Made by a program: the position numbers and the translations under genes. Below are positions 1 to 9,000 of a stretch of DNA of 30,330 bases, one piece after another (positions within the stretch are counted from its first letter, which is position 1; each line of letters opens with the position of its first letter). Location: positions 1 through 30,330 of the IMG/VR virus record IMGVR_UViG_3300026201_000010. One strand, 5' to 3'. The stretch is from a virus (Duplodnaviria; Caudoviricetes). The notes beneath the pieces were generated by a model, which had not been told where the DNA came from, made no database searches, and worked only from the letters and a program-made list of their open reading frames with translations.

Positions 1-495
1 ATTGATATAAGAGAAATTAAAAATATTAAACTTGCTAATCAATTACTAAAAGTAAAAAGAAAACAAAAGCAAGAACGTGATGAGAAGAATGCTATGTTAA
101 AACAACAGATGCAAGCCGCTCAACAATTAAAGTCTCAGCAAATGGCTGCGCAGGCAGCTATGCAAAAATCTCAAGCAGAGATGAATGCTAAGATGCAAAT
201 TAAACAAGCAGAGATAGCTTTTGAAATTGAGAAGATGAAGAATGAAGCTATGCTAAAAAGTCAGTTGATGGCTGAAGAGTTTAATTACAATCAACAGTTA
301 AGAGGAATGTCAGAAGAAGCTCTGGCAAAAAGAGAAGTTCAGAGAGAAACAGCTAAAGCTTCTCGTATTAGTCAACAAAACACAGAGCAGTCTAAGTTAA
401 TTAATCAAAGAAAAAATAACTTACCTCCTCAAAACTTTGAGTCTAATGAAGATAGTTTAGATGGGTTTGATTTAGCAGAGTTTGACCCAAGATAA
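1..495 (+). CDS. Portal protein, C-terminal fragment (gene begins upstream of the window)
   Basis: The frame is open from base 1 (IDIREIKNIKLANQLLKVKRKQKQERD...), so the ATG at 94 is internal. It has a long Q/A/M-rich coiled coil and an acidic tail typical of podovirus portal barrels, and lies directly before scaffold and capsid. Confidence 0.75.
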   Translation: MDIREIKNIKLANQLLKVKRKQKQERDEKNAMLKQQMQAAQQLKSQQMAAQAAMQKSQAEMNAKMQIKQAEIAFEIEKMKNEAMLKSQLMAEEFNYNQQLRGMSEEALAKREVQRETAKASRISQQNTEQSKLINQRKNNLPPQNFESNEDSLDGFDLAEFDPR

Positions 496-524
496 ACTAA
501 ATAAATTATAATTGTTTAATGTAC

Positions 525-532
525 TATATTTG
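525..532 (+). promoter_or_regulatory. Bacteroidota sigma70-type -7 element (TATATTTG)
   Basis: Exact TAnnTTTG match in the 496-549 intergenic gap, 17 nt before the scaffold ATG. Confidence 0.6.
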
Positions 533-549
533 TACAAAAATTAAATCTA

Positions 550-1650
550 ATGGAAATAAAAGTAAAAGAAGTAGGTGTTGTTGAAGAAAAATCAGCAGCT
601 GAAGTAGAAGAAACTCTAATTCAAAAAGCTGAGCAGCAACACGAAGAGCAAACGCAACCACAAGTAGAAACTGAAGTTGTAGAACAAACCGCAGCTCCTG
701 AGGAAACGCAAGGTGCTGAACTAAAAGAAGAAGACGTTCTTAGTTTTATTAAGAATAGATATGATAAGGACATATCATCAGTAGACCAATTGTTTGAAGA
801 AAAAGAAAACAATATTGAACTACCAGAAGATGTGTCAGCTTATTTTGAATATAAAAAGAAAACTGGTCGTGGTATTGAAGATTATGTTAAATTAAACAGA
901 GACTTTGATTCCTTAGATGAAGACCAAATTTTAACTGAGTATCTTTTAGCCACTGAAGAGGGTATTGATAAAGATGATGTTGAGTTGTTGATGGAAGATT
1001 ATTCCTACGATGAAGAACTTGACGATGAGTCTGATATTAAAAGAGCAAAGTTAAAAAAGAAAAAAGCAATTGTAAAAGCTAGAAAGTTTTTCAATGAACA
1101 AAAAGAAATGTATCGCCAGCCGCTTGAGTCAAGCGCAACTGGTATTTCTGAGGACAGCGAAGAATATAAAGCTTACAAGCAATACGTTGAGAATGCAAAG
1201 ACTCAGTCAGAACTGCAGTCTAGGAAAGTAGATTTCTTTAATAAAGAAACTGACAAGGTGCTTAATCAAGACTTTAAAGGTTTTAAGGTCAGTATTGATG
1301 ACGCTAATTTGTTATACAATCCTGGAGGTTCTGTGCAAGAGATTAAGAAAGCTCAGTCTACGATTATTAATTTTATTAATAGTCATTTGACTGAAGATGG
1401 ATTAGTCAAAGATGCAGCTGAATATCATAAAGCATTATCAGCAGCAATGAACCCTGACAAGTTCGCAAGATTTTTTTACGAACAAGGTAAGGCAGCGGCA
1501 ACGGAAGATGTAACTAGAAAAATGAAAAACATTAACATGTCTACACGTTCTGCTCCAGAAGTTGTTTCTAAAGGAGGAACTCAGTTTCGTGCAATCAATC
1601 CAAGCGAGGGTAGAGGGTTAAAGATTAAGAGTATTAAAAGAAAAAATTAA
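550..1650 (+). CDS. Capsid scaffolding protein
   Basis: 366 aa with a very acidic low-complexity N-terminus, helical middle and short basic C-terminus (LKIKSIKRKN). Located between portal and major capsid gene. Confidence 0.7.
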   Translation: MEIKVKEVGVVEEKSAAEVEETLIQKAEQQHEEQTQPQVETEVVEQTAAPEETQGAELKEEDVLSFIKNRYDKDISSVDQLFEEKENNIELPEDVSAYFEYKKKTGRGIEDYVKLNRDFDSLDEDQILTEYLLATEEGIDKDDVELLMEDYSYDEELDDESDIKRAKLKKKKAIVKARKFFNEQKEMYRQPLESSATGISEDSEEYKAYKQYVENAKTQSELQSRKVDFFNKETDKVLNQDFKGFKVSIDDANLLYNPGGSVQEIKKAQSTIINFINSHLTEDGLVKDAAEYHKALSAAMNPDKFARFFYEQGKAAATEDVTRKMKNINMSTRSAPEVVSKGGTQFRAINPSEGRGLKIKSIKRKN

Positions 1651-1671
1651 CAACATTTTAAAAATTAAAAA

Positions 1672-3168
1672 ATGGCAGGACAATTATTAGGGCCAAACAC
1701 TTCTCCAGTAGGACCAGGGTTTGCGCTACAGCCAGCACCACAGCAAGTGCCGTTGGCTACGAATTACATTACTGATTTCAACTTTTTGAATCAGTACTTA
1801 CCAGACACTTATGAAAAAGAATTTGAGCGTTATGGTAATAGAACTATTTCTTCTTTCTTACGTTTAGTAGGAGCTGAGCTACCAAGTAACTCAGACCTAG
1901 TAAAGTGGGCAGAGCAAGGAAGATTACACACTAAATATATAAAGTGTGGAACAGCAGCAGTAGTTGATGCAGACAATGTAACATTTGACATTAACGATGC
2001 ATTAGTACCAGATAGAGCTGCAACAGGCTTAACAGCTGGAACTATCGCTATTCGTGTAGGTCAAACTGTTGTTGTTTCTAACAACGATGGTTCAGGAGAA
2101 TATAAAGGAATCGTAACTCTCGCAGGTGCTGCAGGAGGATTGAACGATAACCAAATTACTGTAGCTTTCTATAACGCAGCAGGTTATACAGGTGGTTCAG
2201 GAGCAGGTAATGCTGATGCAACTATCTTTATCTATGGTTCTGAATTCAAAAAAGGAACAGCAGGAATGCAAGGTTCTTTAGAAGCTGAAGATGAAATCTT
2301 CGATAACTCACCAATCATCATCAAAGATAAGTATGCAGTATCAGGTTCTGATATGGCTCAAATCGGGTGGATTGAAGTGACTACTGAAAACGGAGCTTCA
2401 GGATACCTATGGTATTTAAAGTCTGAGCACGAAACTCGTTTACGTTTTGATGACTACCTAGAAACAGCTATGATTGAAGCAGTGCCAGCAGAAGCAAATT
2501 CTGGAGCACTTAATGCTGGTGGAGATGTAGGAAACAAAGGTTCTGAGGGTGTATTCTACGCAGTAGAAAATAGAGGAAATGTATGGGCAGGTGGTAACCC
2601 AACTGCACTAGCAGATTTCGATACTATCATTCAAAGATTAGACAAGCAAGGTGCAATCGAAGAGAACGTACTTTTCTTGAACAGACAATTTGGATTTGAC
2701 ATTGATGACATGTTAGCTGAGCTAAATGGTTCTGCTCAAGGTGGAACTGGTGGAACTACAGCTAATGGTACTTCTTATGGTCTATTTGACAATGACGTGG
2801 AAATGGCATTGAATCTTGGATTCACTGGATTCCGTAGAGGGTATGACTTCTACAAGTCTGACTGGAAATACCTAAACGACCCAACTATGCGTGGTGGTTT
2901 AACTGGAACAGGTGCTGTAAATGGTTTATTAGTACCAGCTGGTTCAACTACTGTTTACGACCAAATCCTTGGAAAGAATGCTAAGCGTCCTTTCTTACAT
3001 GTACGATACAGAGCTTCAGAAACTGAAGACAGAAAGTACAAGACTTGGATTACAGGTTCAGCTGGTGGTGCAATGACTTCTGATTTAGATGCTATGGAAG
3101 TAAACTTCCTATCTGAAAGATGTGTATGTACTATGGGTGCAAACAACTTTGTGATTTTCCAATCATAA
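1672..3168 (+). CDS. Major capsid protein (HK97-fold, crAss-like/Flavobacteria phage type)
   Basis: 498 aa, G/A-rich, with highly expressed-type codon choice (ttc, aac, atc, cgt). Motifs QYLPDTYEKEFERYGNR, WAEQGRLH and GFRRGYDFYKSDWKYLND. Follows the scaffold gene and is followed by a strong terminator. Confidence 0.85.
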   Translation: MAGQLLGPNTSPVGPGFALQPAPQQVPLATNYITDFNFLNQYLPDTYEKEFERYGNRTISSFLRLVGAELPSNSDLVKWAEQGRLHTKYIKCGTAAVVDADNVTFDINDALVPDRAATGLTAGTIAIRVGQTVVVSNNDGSGEYKGIVTLAGAAGGLNDNQITVAFYNAAGYTGGSGAGNADATIFIYGSEFKKGTAGMQGSLEAEDEIFDNSPIIIKDKYAVSGSDMAQIGWIEVTTENGASGYLWYLKSEHETRLRFDDYLETAMIEAVPAEANSGALNAGGDVGNKGSEGVFYAVENRGNVWAGGNPTALADFDTIIQRLDKQGAIEENVLFLNRQFGFDIDDMLAELNGSAQGGTGGTTANGTSYGLFDNDVEMALNLGFTGFRRGYDFYKSDWKYLNDPTMRGGLTGTGAVNGLLVPAGSTTVYDQILGKNAKRPFLHVRYRASETEDRKYKTWITGSAGGAMTSDLDAMEVNFLSERCVCTMGANNFVIFQS

Positions 3169-3178
3169 ACTAAATAAT

Positions 3179-3215
3179 AAGGTAGGGGTCGCAACTTGCG
3201 ACCTCAACCTTTTTT
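3179..3215 (+). terminator. Intrinsic terminator after major capsid gene
   Basis: GGGTCGCA-ACT-TGCGACCT hairpin, extended by AGGT/ACCT, followed by a T6 run. Confidence 0.85.
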
Positions 3216-3235
3216 AATAATTAAATTATAATCAA

Positions 3236-3988
3236 ATGAAAAAAAATGTATTGGTCAATAAGACCTATAAACTTACCAAAGATGCAGCACCGCTTTCTTT
3301 TATGCTGCCAACTAGAAACTCAAGAAGATATCCATTAATGTACTTTGATGAAAGTACAGGAACTAACAGAGCTTTGCGTTATGCAAGAAACCAAAAAAGC
3401 CCATTTGAAGATGAGCAAGATGGTAATGCTATTGTAGAACCAATTGTTTTTGAAGACGGATTCTTATCTGTTCCAAGAACAAATCCAGTACTTCAAGAGT
3501 TCTTACATTATCACCCAATGAACGGAAGTAAGTTTGTTGAGGTTAATACTGAGAAAGATGCTCAGAAAGAAATGGAAGTTTTAAATAGTAGAGTAGATGC
3601 TCTTATAGAAGCTAGACAGCTTGATATAGAACAAGTGGAGGCTTTATCTAGAGTATTGTTTAACACAGACACATCTCGAATTACCTCAGCAGAATTAAGA
3701 AGAGATATTCTTATATTTGCTGAACAAGAACCAGGTATGTTTTTGAAAGCTGTTAAAGACCCTACATTAAAACTCAACTCTAAAATAAAAGAGTTTTTTA
3801 ATCATAAGGTATTAATATTCAAGAATAATAAAAAAGACGTATATTTCAATACTGACAAGAACAAAAAGAGAATGCTTAATCTTCCTTTTGGAGAAGACCC
3901 TTACTATGTAATCGCAAGCTATCTTCAATCCGATGAAGGTATTGATATTTTAAAGTTTCTTGAAAAGAACTTGGATAATAAAAAATAA
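3236..3988 (+). CDS. Hypothetical protein of the head module
   Basis: 250-aa ORF with A-rich SD-less start, immediately downstream of the capsid gene. No catalytic motif recognised. Confidence 0.7.
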   Translation: MKKNVLVNKTYKLTKDAAPLSFMLPTRNSRRYPLMYFDESTGTNRALRYARNQKSPFEDEQDGNAIVEPIVFEDGFLSVPRTNPVLQEFLHYHPMNGSKFVEVNTEKDAQKEMEVLNSRVDALIEARQLDIEQVEALSRVLFNTDTSRITSAELRRDILIFAEQEPGMFLKAVKDPTLKLNSKIKEFFNHKVLIFKNNKKDVYFNTDKNKKRMLNLPFGEDPYYVIASYLQSDEGIDILKFLEKNLDNKK

Positions 3989-4000
3989 TGTTTATTTTTG
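3971..4000 (+). promoter_or_regulatory. Bacteroidota sigma70-type promoter (TTG-N19-TATTTTTG)
   Basis: TTG at 3971-3973 and TATTTTTG at 3993-4000 with a 19-nt spacer, matching the Flavobacterium/Bacteroides -33/-7 consensus. Confidence 0.55.
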
Positions 4001-4004
4001 TGAA

Positions 4005-4083
4005 GTATATTCATAATAATAAATAGAGCTGATAACTCTAACCAACCAAAAAGAGGCTGTAGAAATACAACCTCTTTTTTTTT
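4005..4083 (+). ncRNA. Candidate small non-coding RNA (about 75-80 nt)
   Basis: Bounded by the promoter above and a terminator, with no + strand ORF and an internal TAGAG-CTGATAA-CTCTA hairpin (4024-4040). The 5' end is approximate. Confidence 0.4.
4048..4083 (+). terminator. Intrinsic terminator, potentially bidirectional
   Basis: AAAAAGAGG-C-TGTA-GAAA-TACA-A-CCTC followed by a T9 run. It has a GAAA tetraloop and an A-tract on the 5' side. Confidence 0.85.
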
Positions 4084-4086
4084 GCT

Positions 4087-4094
4087 TATCTTTG
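4087..4094 (+). promoter_or_regulatory. Bacteroidota -7 element (TATCTTTG) for the tail operon
   Basis: Exact TAnnTTTG directly after the terminator, 18 nt before the ATG at 4113. Confidence 0.6.
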
Positions 4095-4112
4095 TAGTAA
4101 ATAAATTAACAG

Positions 4113-5147
4113 ATGAGCATTATAAATTCAGTACGTGAAACTGTACTGTCAGTTCTTAATAAAAATAACTATGGGTACATTACTCCTAGTGATTTTAATT
4201 TATATGCCAAGCAAGCGCAGCTAGATATTTTTGAAGATTATTTCTATCAATATAATTATCAAGTAAATAAAGAGAATGCTAGGCAATCAGGAATTGGATT
4301 GGCAGATATTAAAAAAGTATACGACGAGGCAATCAATATATTTTCGGAACAAGAATTTCTTGAGCCAGTTTATATTAATGGTGCGAATGAAATAATTACA
4401 TCCCCATCCGCAACATCTACTTATAGTGTTCCTACAACAGCTACAACAGGTTCTAATTATTATTTGATAAATAAAATTTTATTACTTACAAAATACTTAG
4501 TTGCTAACAGCACTAATACTTTAGTTAGTCCAAATGAATTGGTGGATAATACTAAAAACTTTTTTAGCTTAGGAGTTCAGCCTGGGGATGTTGTGGTTAA
4601 TTTATCAACTGGACAAACAGCAAATATACGATACCTTACTCCATCTACAACAGATACATTGGTATTAGATAGTAATATTTTTCTTTCAGCACCAAGCAAT
4701 TATACAATTCTTAGTACAAAGCAAGGTTTAAATGAATGTGAAAAAGTAACTAATAAAAAAATTACACAACTCAACATGTCTAATTTGACTAAACCTACAG
4801 AGTTGTTCCCAGCTTATTCACAAAATAATGAGGTAATACAAGTGTATCCTGAAAATTTTCAATGGGGTGCAAACGTAATAAACTCTGGTGAAACATCTGC
4901 TGGTAGAATATTGTGTCAGTATATTAGATACCCTAAAGACCCTAAATGGACTTATGCTCAACTTGTTGGAGGTGAACCATCATTTAATCAATCGGATGCA
5001 TTGTATCAAGACTTTGAGCTTCCTCTTGAAGATGAGCCTACATTAGTAAATAAAATATTACAATATGCTGGAATGTCTATTAGAGAAGTTGAAGCTATTC
5101 AGTTTGGGCAATCAATGGATATTAGAGAAGAACAAAAAGAAAAATAA
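4113..5147 (+). CDS. Tail ring / tail tubular (head-tail adaptor) protein
   Basis: N-terminal helical segment (LNKNNYGYITPSDFNLYAKQAQLDIF) and C-terminal YIRYPKDPKW...DFELP...LVNKILQYAG pattern resemble P22 gp4/crAss ring proteins. It has a S/T-rich beta insert in the middle, and synteny agrees. Confidence 0.6.
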   Translation: MSIINSVRETVLSVLNKNNYGYITPSDFNLYAKQAQLDIFEDYFYQYNYQVNKENARQSGIGLADIKKVYDEAINIFSEQEFLEPVYINGANEIITSPSATSTYSVPTTATTGSNYYLINKILLLTKYLVANSTNTLVSPNELVDNTKNFFSLGVQPGDVVVNLSTGQTANIRYLTPSTTDTLVLDSNIFLSAPSNYTILSTKQGLNECEKVTNKKITQLNMSNLTKPTELFPAYSQNNEVIQVYPENFQWGANVINSGETSAGRILCQYIRYPKDPKWTYAQLVGGEPSFNQSDALYQDFELPLEDEPTLVNKILQYAGMSIREVEAIQFGQSMDIREEQKEK

Positions 5148-6070
5148 TGGCATACTTAACAGAATATCAATATTACGAAAACAACGGCAATGCTCCTGAA
5201 GACGCTAATTGGGGGTCATATCAATATGTAAGTTTATATGATATAGTCAATAACTTTATGTTGATGTATGCAGGAAATCATAGTTTGATTAACAATGAGG
5301 AGCGATACAGAATTTTGTTTCACGCAAAAAGAGCAATTCAAGAATTAAATTATGATGCCTTTAAAGAATTAAAAATATTGGAATTAGATGTATGTGATAC
5401 TTTAAGATATGTACTACCTATAGATTATGTTAATTGGGTTAGAATATCCTTATATAAAGATGGCGTGCTTAGGCCTTTAACCGAAAATATTCAAACTAAT
5501 TGGAGCAATGCCTATCTTCAAGATAATAATTGTAGAATATTATTTGACCATGATGGAAACATTTTAAAGCCATCTACATCAACCATAGACATGCAAAGGA
5601 TAGAGGGTACTAAAAAAAGTATTTACCTTAATCAGCAAAGCCCTTACAATAATAGAGAAGGGTATTGTGTGGATGGTGATTGGTATTTTGATTATGGTAT
5701 CGGTGCTCAGTACGGATTAAACACAGAGACAGCAAACTTTAATCCTACATTTAAAATAAATAAAAAAGCTGGGGTTATAAACTTTAGTTCAGATATGGCA
5801 GGGGAGTTATGTATTCTTGAATACGTCTCTGATGGCATGGAGGGTGGTGATGACTCTCAAATCAGTGTAAATAAATTATTTGAAGAATATGTTTATGCTT
5901 ACATTCAATTTGCTATATTAAATGCTAAGTTTGGTGTACAAGAATATGTTGTTGCTAGAGCAAGAAAAAGAAGCTCTGCGTTATTAAGAAACGCTAAGCT
6001 TAGAATTAGTAATATACATCCAGGACGTTTGATTCAAAACATCAGAGGTATGGATAAGTGGATAAAATAG
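5147..6070 (+). CDS. Second tail ring / tail tubular protein
   Basis: FHAKRAIQELNYD...LPIDYVNWVRI...LEYVSDG pattern of adaptor-like ring proteins. Coupled to the previous gene by TAATG overlap. Confidence 0.6.
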   Translation: MAYLTEYQYYENNGNAPEDANWGSYQYVSLYDIVNNFMLMYAGNHSLINNEERYRILFHAKRAIQELNYDAFKELKILELDVCDTLRYVLPIDYVNWVRISLYKDGVLRPLTENIQTNWSNAYLQDNNCRILFDHDGNILKPSTSTIDMQRIEGTKKSIYLNQQSPYNNREGYCVDGDWYFDYGIGAQYGLNTETANFNPTFKINKKAGVINFSSDMAGELCILEYVSDGMEGGDDSQISVNKLFEEYVYAYIQFAILNAKFGVQEYVVARARKRSSALLRNAKLRISNIHPGRLIQNIRGMDKWIK

Positions 6071-6071
6071 A

Positions 6072-9000
6072 ATGGCAGAGACTACTAGAAATTTTATTGC
6101 AGGGCGCATGAATAAAAGCGTTGATGAACGCTTACTCCCTAATGGCGAGTATATTGACGCACTTAATATTAGGCTGGGGTCTACTGAAGAATCTGAAGTT
6201 GGTTCGGTTGAAAATAGTAGAGGTAATCAGCAGTTAACAGCTTTAGAGCATGAAGGAGTGCCTTTAAGCTCTCAAGCTAAATGTATTGGAGCTTATGAGG
6301 ATGGGCAAAGAGAAACATTGTATTGGTTTGTACATGACCCAGCACACGCAGGAAAAGGTATAGTAGACTTAGTTGTATCATATAATGTGCAATTAAATTT
6401 ATTAACATACCATGTTGTGACAACTGGTTCAGGGCAAACAGTTTTAAATTTCAATGAAGATTATTTAATTACTGGAGTTAACAGAGTTGAGGATTTATTA
6501 TTCTGGACTGATAACTACAACCAACCTAGATTTATAAACATTACTAGAAATTATAACTCAACCTCACCTGATTTAGCAGAACAACTTTTAGTAATTAAAA
6601 AGCCACCAGTTGCAGCTCCATCATTTGAGCTAACAAATTTGTCTGGTGAAGAAAATTTTATAGAAGAAAGATTTATAACATTTGCTTATAGATATAGATA
6701 TGAAGATGGCGAGTATTCTGCTTTATCACAATTCACAGAACCAGCTTTTGTTCCTAAAGGATTTGATTATAAAATAGAATCAGGTCTGAATGAGGGAATG
6801 ACAAACGCATTCAATAATGTTAAAGTTACTTATAATAGTGGAGGTCCTTTAGTGAAAGCTATAGAAGTTGTTTTTGCTGAAACCACATCAAGTGTGATAA
6901 AATCTATAGAGATATTTGATAAACAAAATCTTGGATATGCAGACAATACAGATTACAGTTTAGATTTCAACAACAGTAAAATATATACTGTTTTAAACCC
7001 AACACAGTTAGTTAGGTTATTTGATAATGTTCCTTTAAAAGCTCAAGCTCAAACATTAATGGGAAACAGATTAATCTATGGTAATTATGTAGATGGTTAT
7101 GACTTATTAGATTTAAACACCAACCCTATAAGGCTTGAGTATTTTTGTAGGCTTTTATCCGAAGAAATTGGAGCTGAAAGTATTGGTGACCGAACTGATT
7201 CTTTTACGTATAATATTGATGGAAGTCAAAACATTGTAAATGCTGCGGTGTTTTTTGATTTTGATGATGTAGAGTTAAAAGCTGGCGCAGCTATTACTTT
7301 TGAAATACGATATACTCATTCTCAATTTTCTGGGCAAACCCCTTTTCCATCTCAACAGTCCACAAATTTAGAACTAGACTTTACATATATATTACCTATA
7401 GATTTTGGAAGTGCTTATGAATTATCACAAGACCCTTTATTTATACAGACAATAGGAACGGCAGCAAATATACTTCCAGTGTATGACCCTGTTCCTGGAA
7501 ATGAAACTTCATGTGACGGAACAACTATTACAGATGAATGGAATTGTTCTATTCCAAATACACTGGATACATTGATAAAATTTGAAAGCGGTATTACAGC
7601 AGCTGGACAACCTATAGAAATAATTTCTAGTCCAGGTAGTTCTGAGATTGGCCTTGTTGTACCAGCGATGAGATTTGTAGATGATTTAACTACACCTACA
7701 CAAAGTGTTTATGAATACTATACTGTTACTTTTGCAGAGGGGAGTTATTCAGGTATTGGAAATCCTAAAAGCTTACATAGTGATAGAGACTATGAAGTGG
7801 GTATTGTTTATATGGATGAGTTTAATCGTTCATCAACAGCTCTTGTTAGTCCTAACAATACTGTTCACGTCGGTTGCTCGGCTGCATCTCTTCAAAATTC
7901 TATTGAAGTAACTATTCCCCCATCACAACTAGCTCCAGCTTGGGCTGACCGATATAAGCTTTGTATAAAGCCAGATTTTGAGGATTACAATACAGTTTAT
8001 TCAAACATATTTTTTGATGAGGTAGGAACTGCGGCAACATTCTTTTTGCTAGAGGGTGAAAACGCTAGAAAGGTTGAAGAGGGTGATAGGCTTAGGGTAA
8101 AGGCTGATACTAATGGGCCAACTACAAGATGTCAGTACGCTACTGTTTTGCAGAAAGAAGCTCAGACACAAGACTTTATGAGCCCTCCACCTAAAGACTC
8201 TAATGGTACAGATATTCCTGTTCCAGCAGGGACTTATATGAAAATAATACCTAATGACTTTGAGGTGGTTCAAGGCGATTTACCGACAGTTTTATATGGC
8301 AAGAGAAGTGATTGTGGTAGAAGAAAAAACGAGCACCCAAGAGTAGCTTATCCAGTAAGCATTGAAGACCCAAATAACCCAGGGCAATTTATTGATTATT
8401 CATTACCTGCAGGTTCAAGAATAAATATATATGTAGACTTTAGAAGAAAAGGAACAGGGAATCGTGCGTGTGATGGAAGACGTTATATATTAGATTTAAA
8501 GCTAACAGCTTCACAGGATTATGATAACTTTAAAGAATGGTGGGATGGAGATAACATCGCTTCTTTATTAGATAGCGGAGCGGTATCTGGAATTACAGGA
8601 GACCCTGATTGTCCACCTCCTTACTATGCTAATTATTATAACCCTGCTATACAGACAGGTCTTGGAACAAATAATGCTTTAGCTGCTATGCCGCAAAACC
8701 GATGTGAATATCAGTGGCAGTTTTTACGAGCAACAAGTAACAATCAACTTTCTCTTGGATTAGTTGGAACTAACTCATGTTCTGGCGCTAAAAATTCAAG
8801 TAAAAGAAGAGCATGTATTAGTGCTAAGATAGAAGTTTTTAGGGCTGAGAATACATTGGTTTTTGAAACTGAACCACAAGATGCTACTCCAGATTTATGG
8901 TATGAATCTGCAGATGTATTTAGTATCGACAAAGCAACTGGAAGACACGATGGTAATATACAAAACCAAACTAGTACTCAATCTGCTGTTGTATTAACAG

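Noticed and set aside
94-495. 133-aa ORF as an independent gene
   Set aside because: The frame is open back to base 1, so it is the tail of a longer gene truncated by the window edge.
7705-7911. 68-aa +1-frame ORF inside the nozzle gene
   Set aside because: The Leu/Ile-rich composition is what NNT codon bias produces in the +1 frame. It overlaps a conserved core motif and shows no codon shift like that at 19466.
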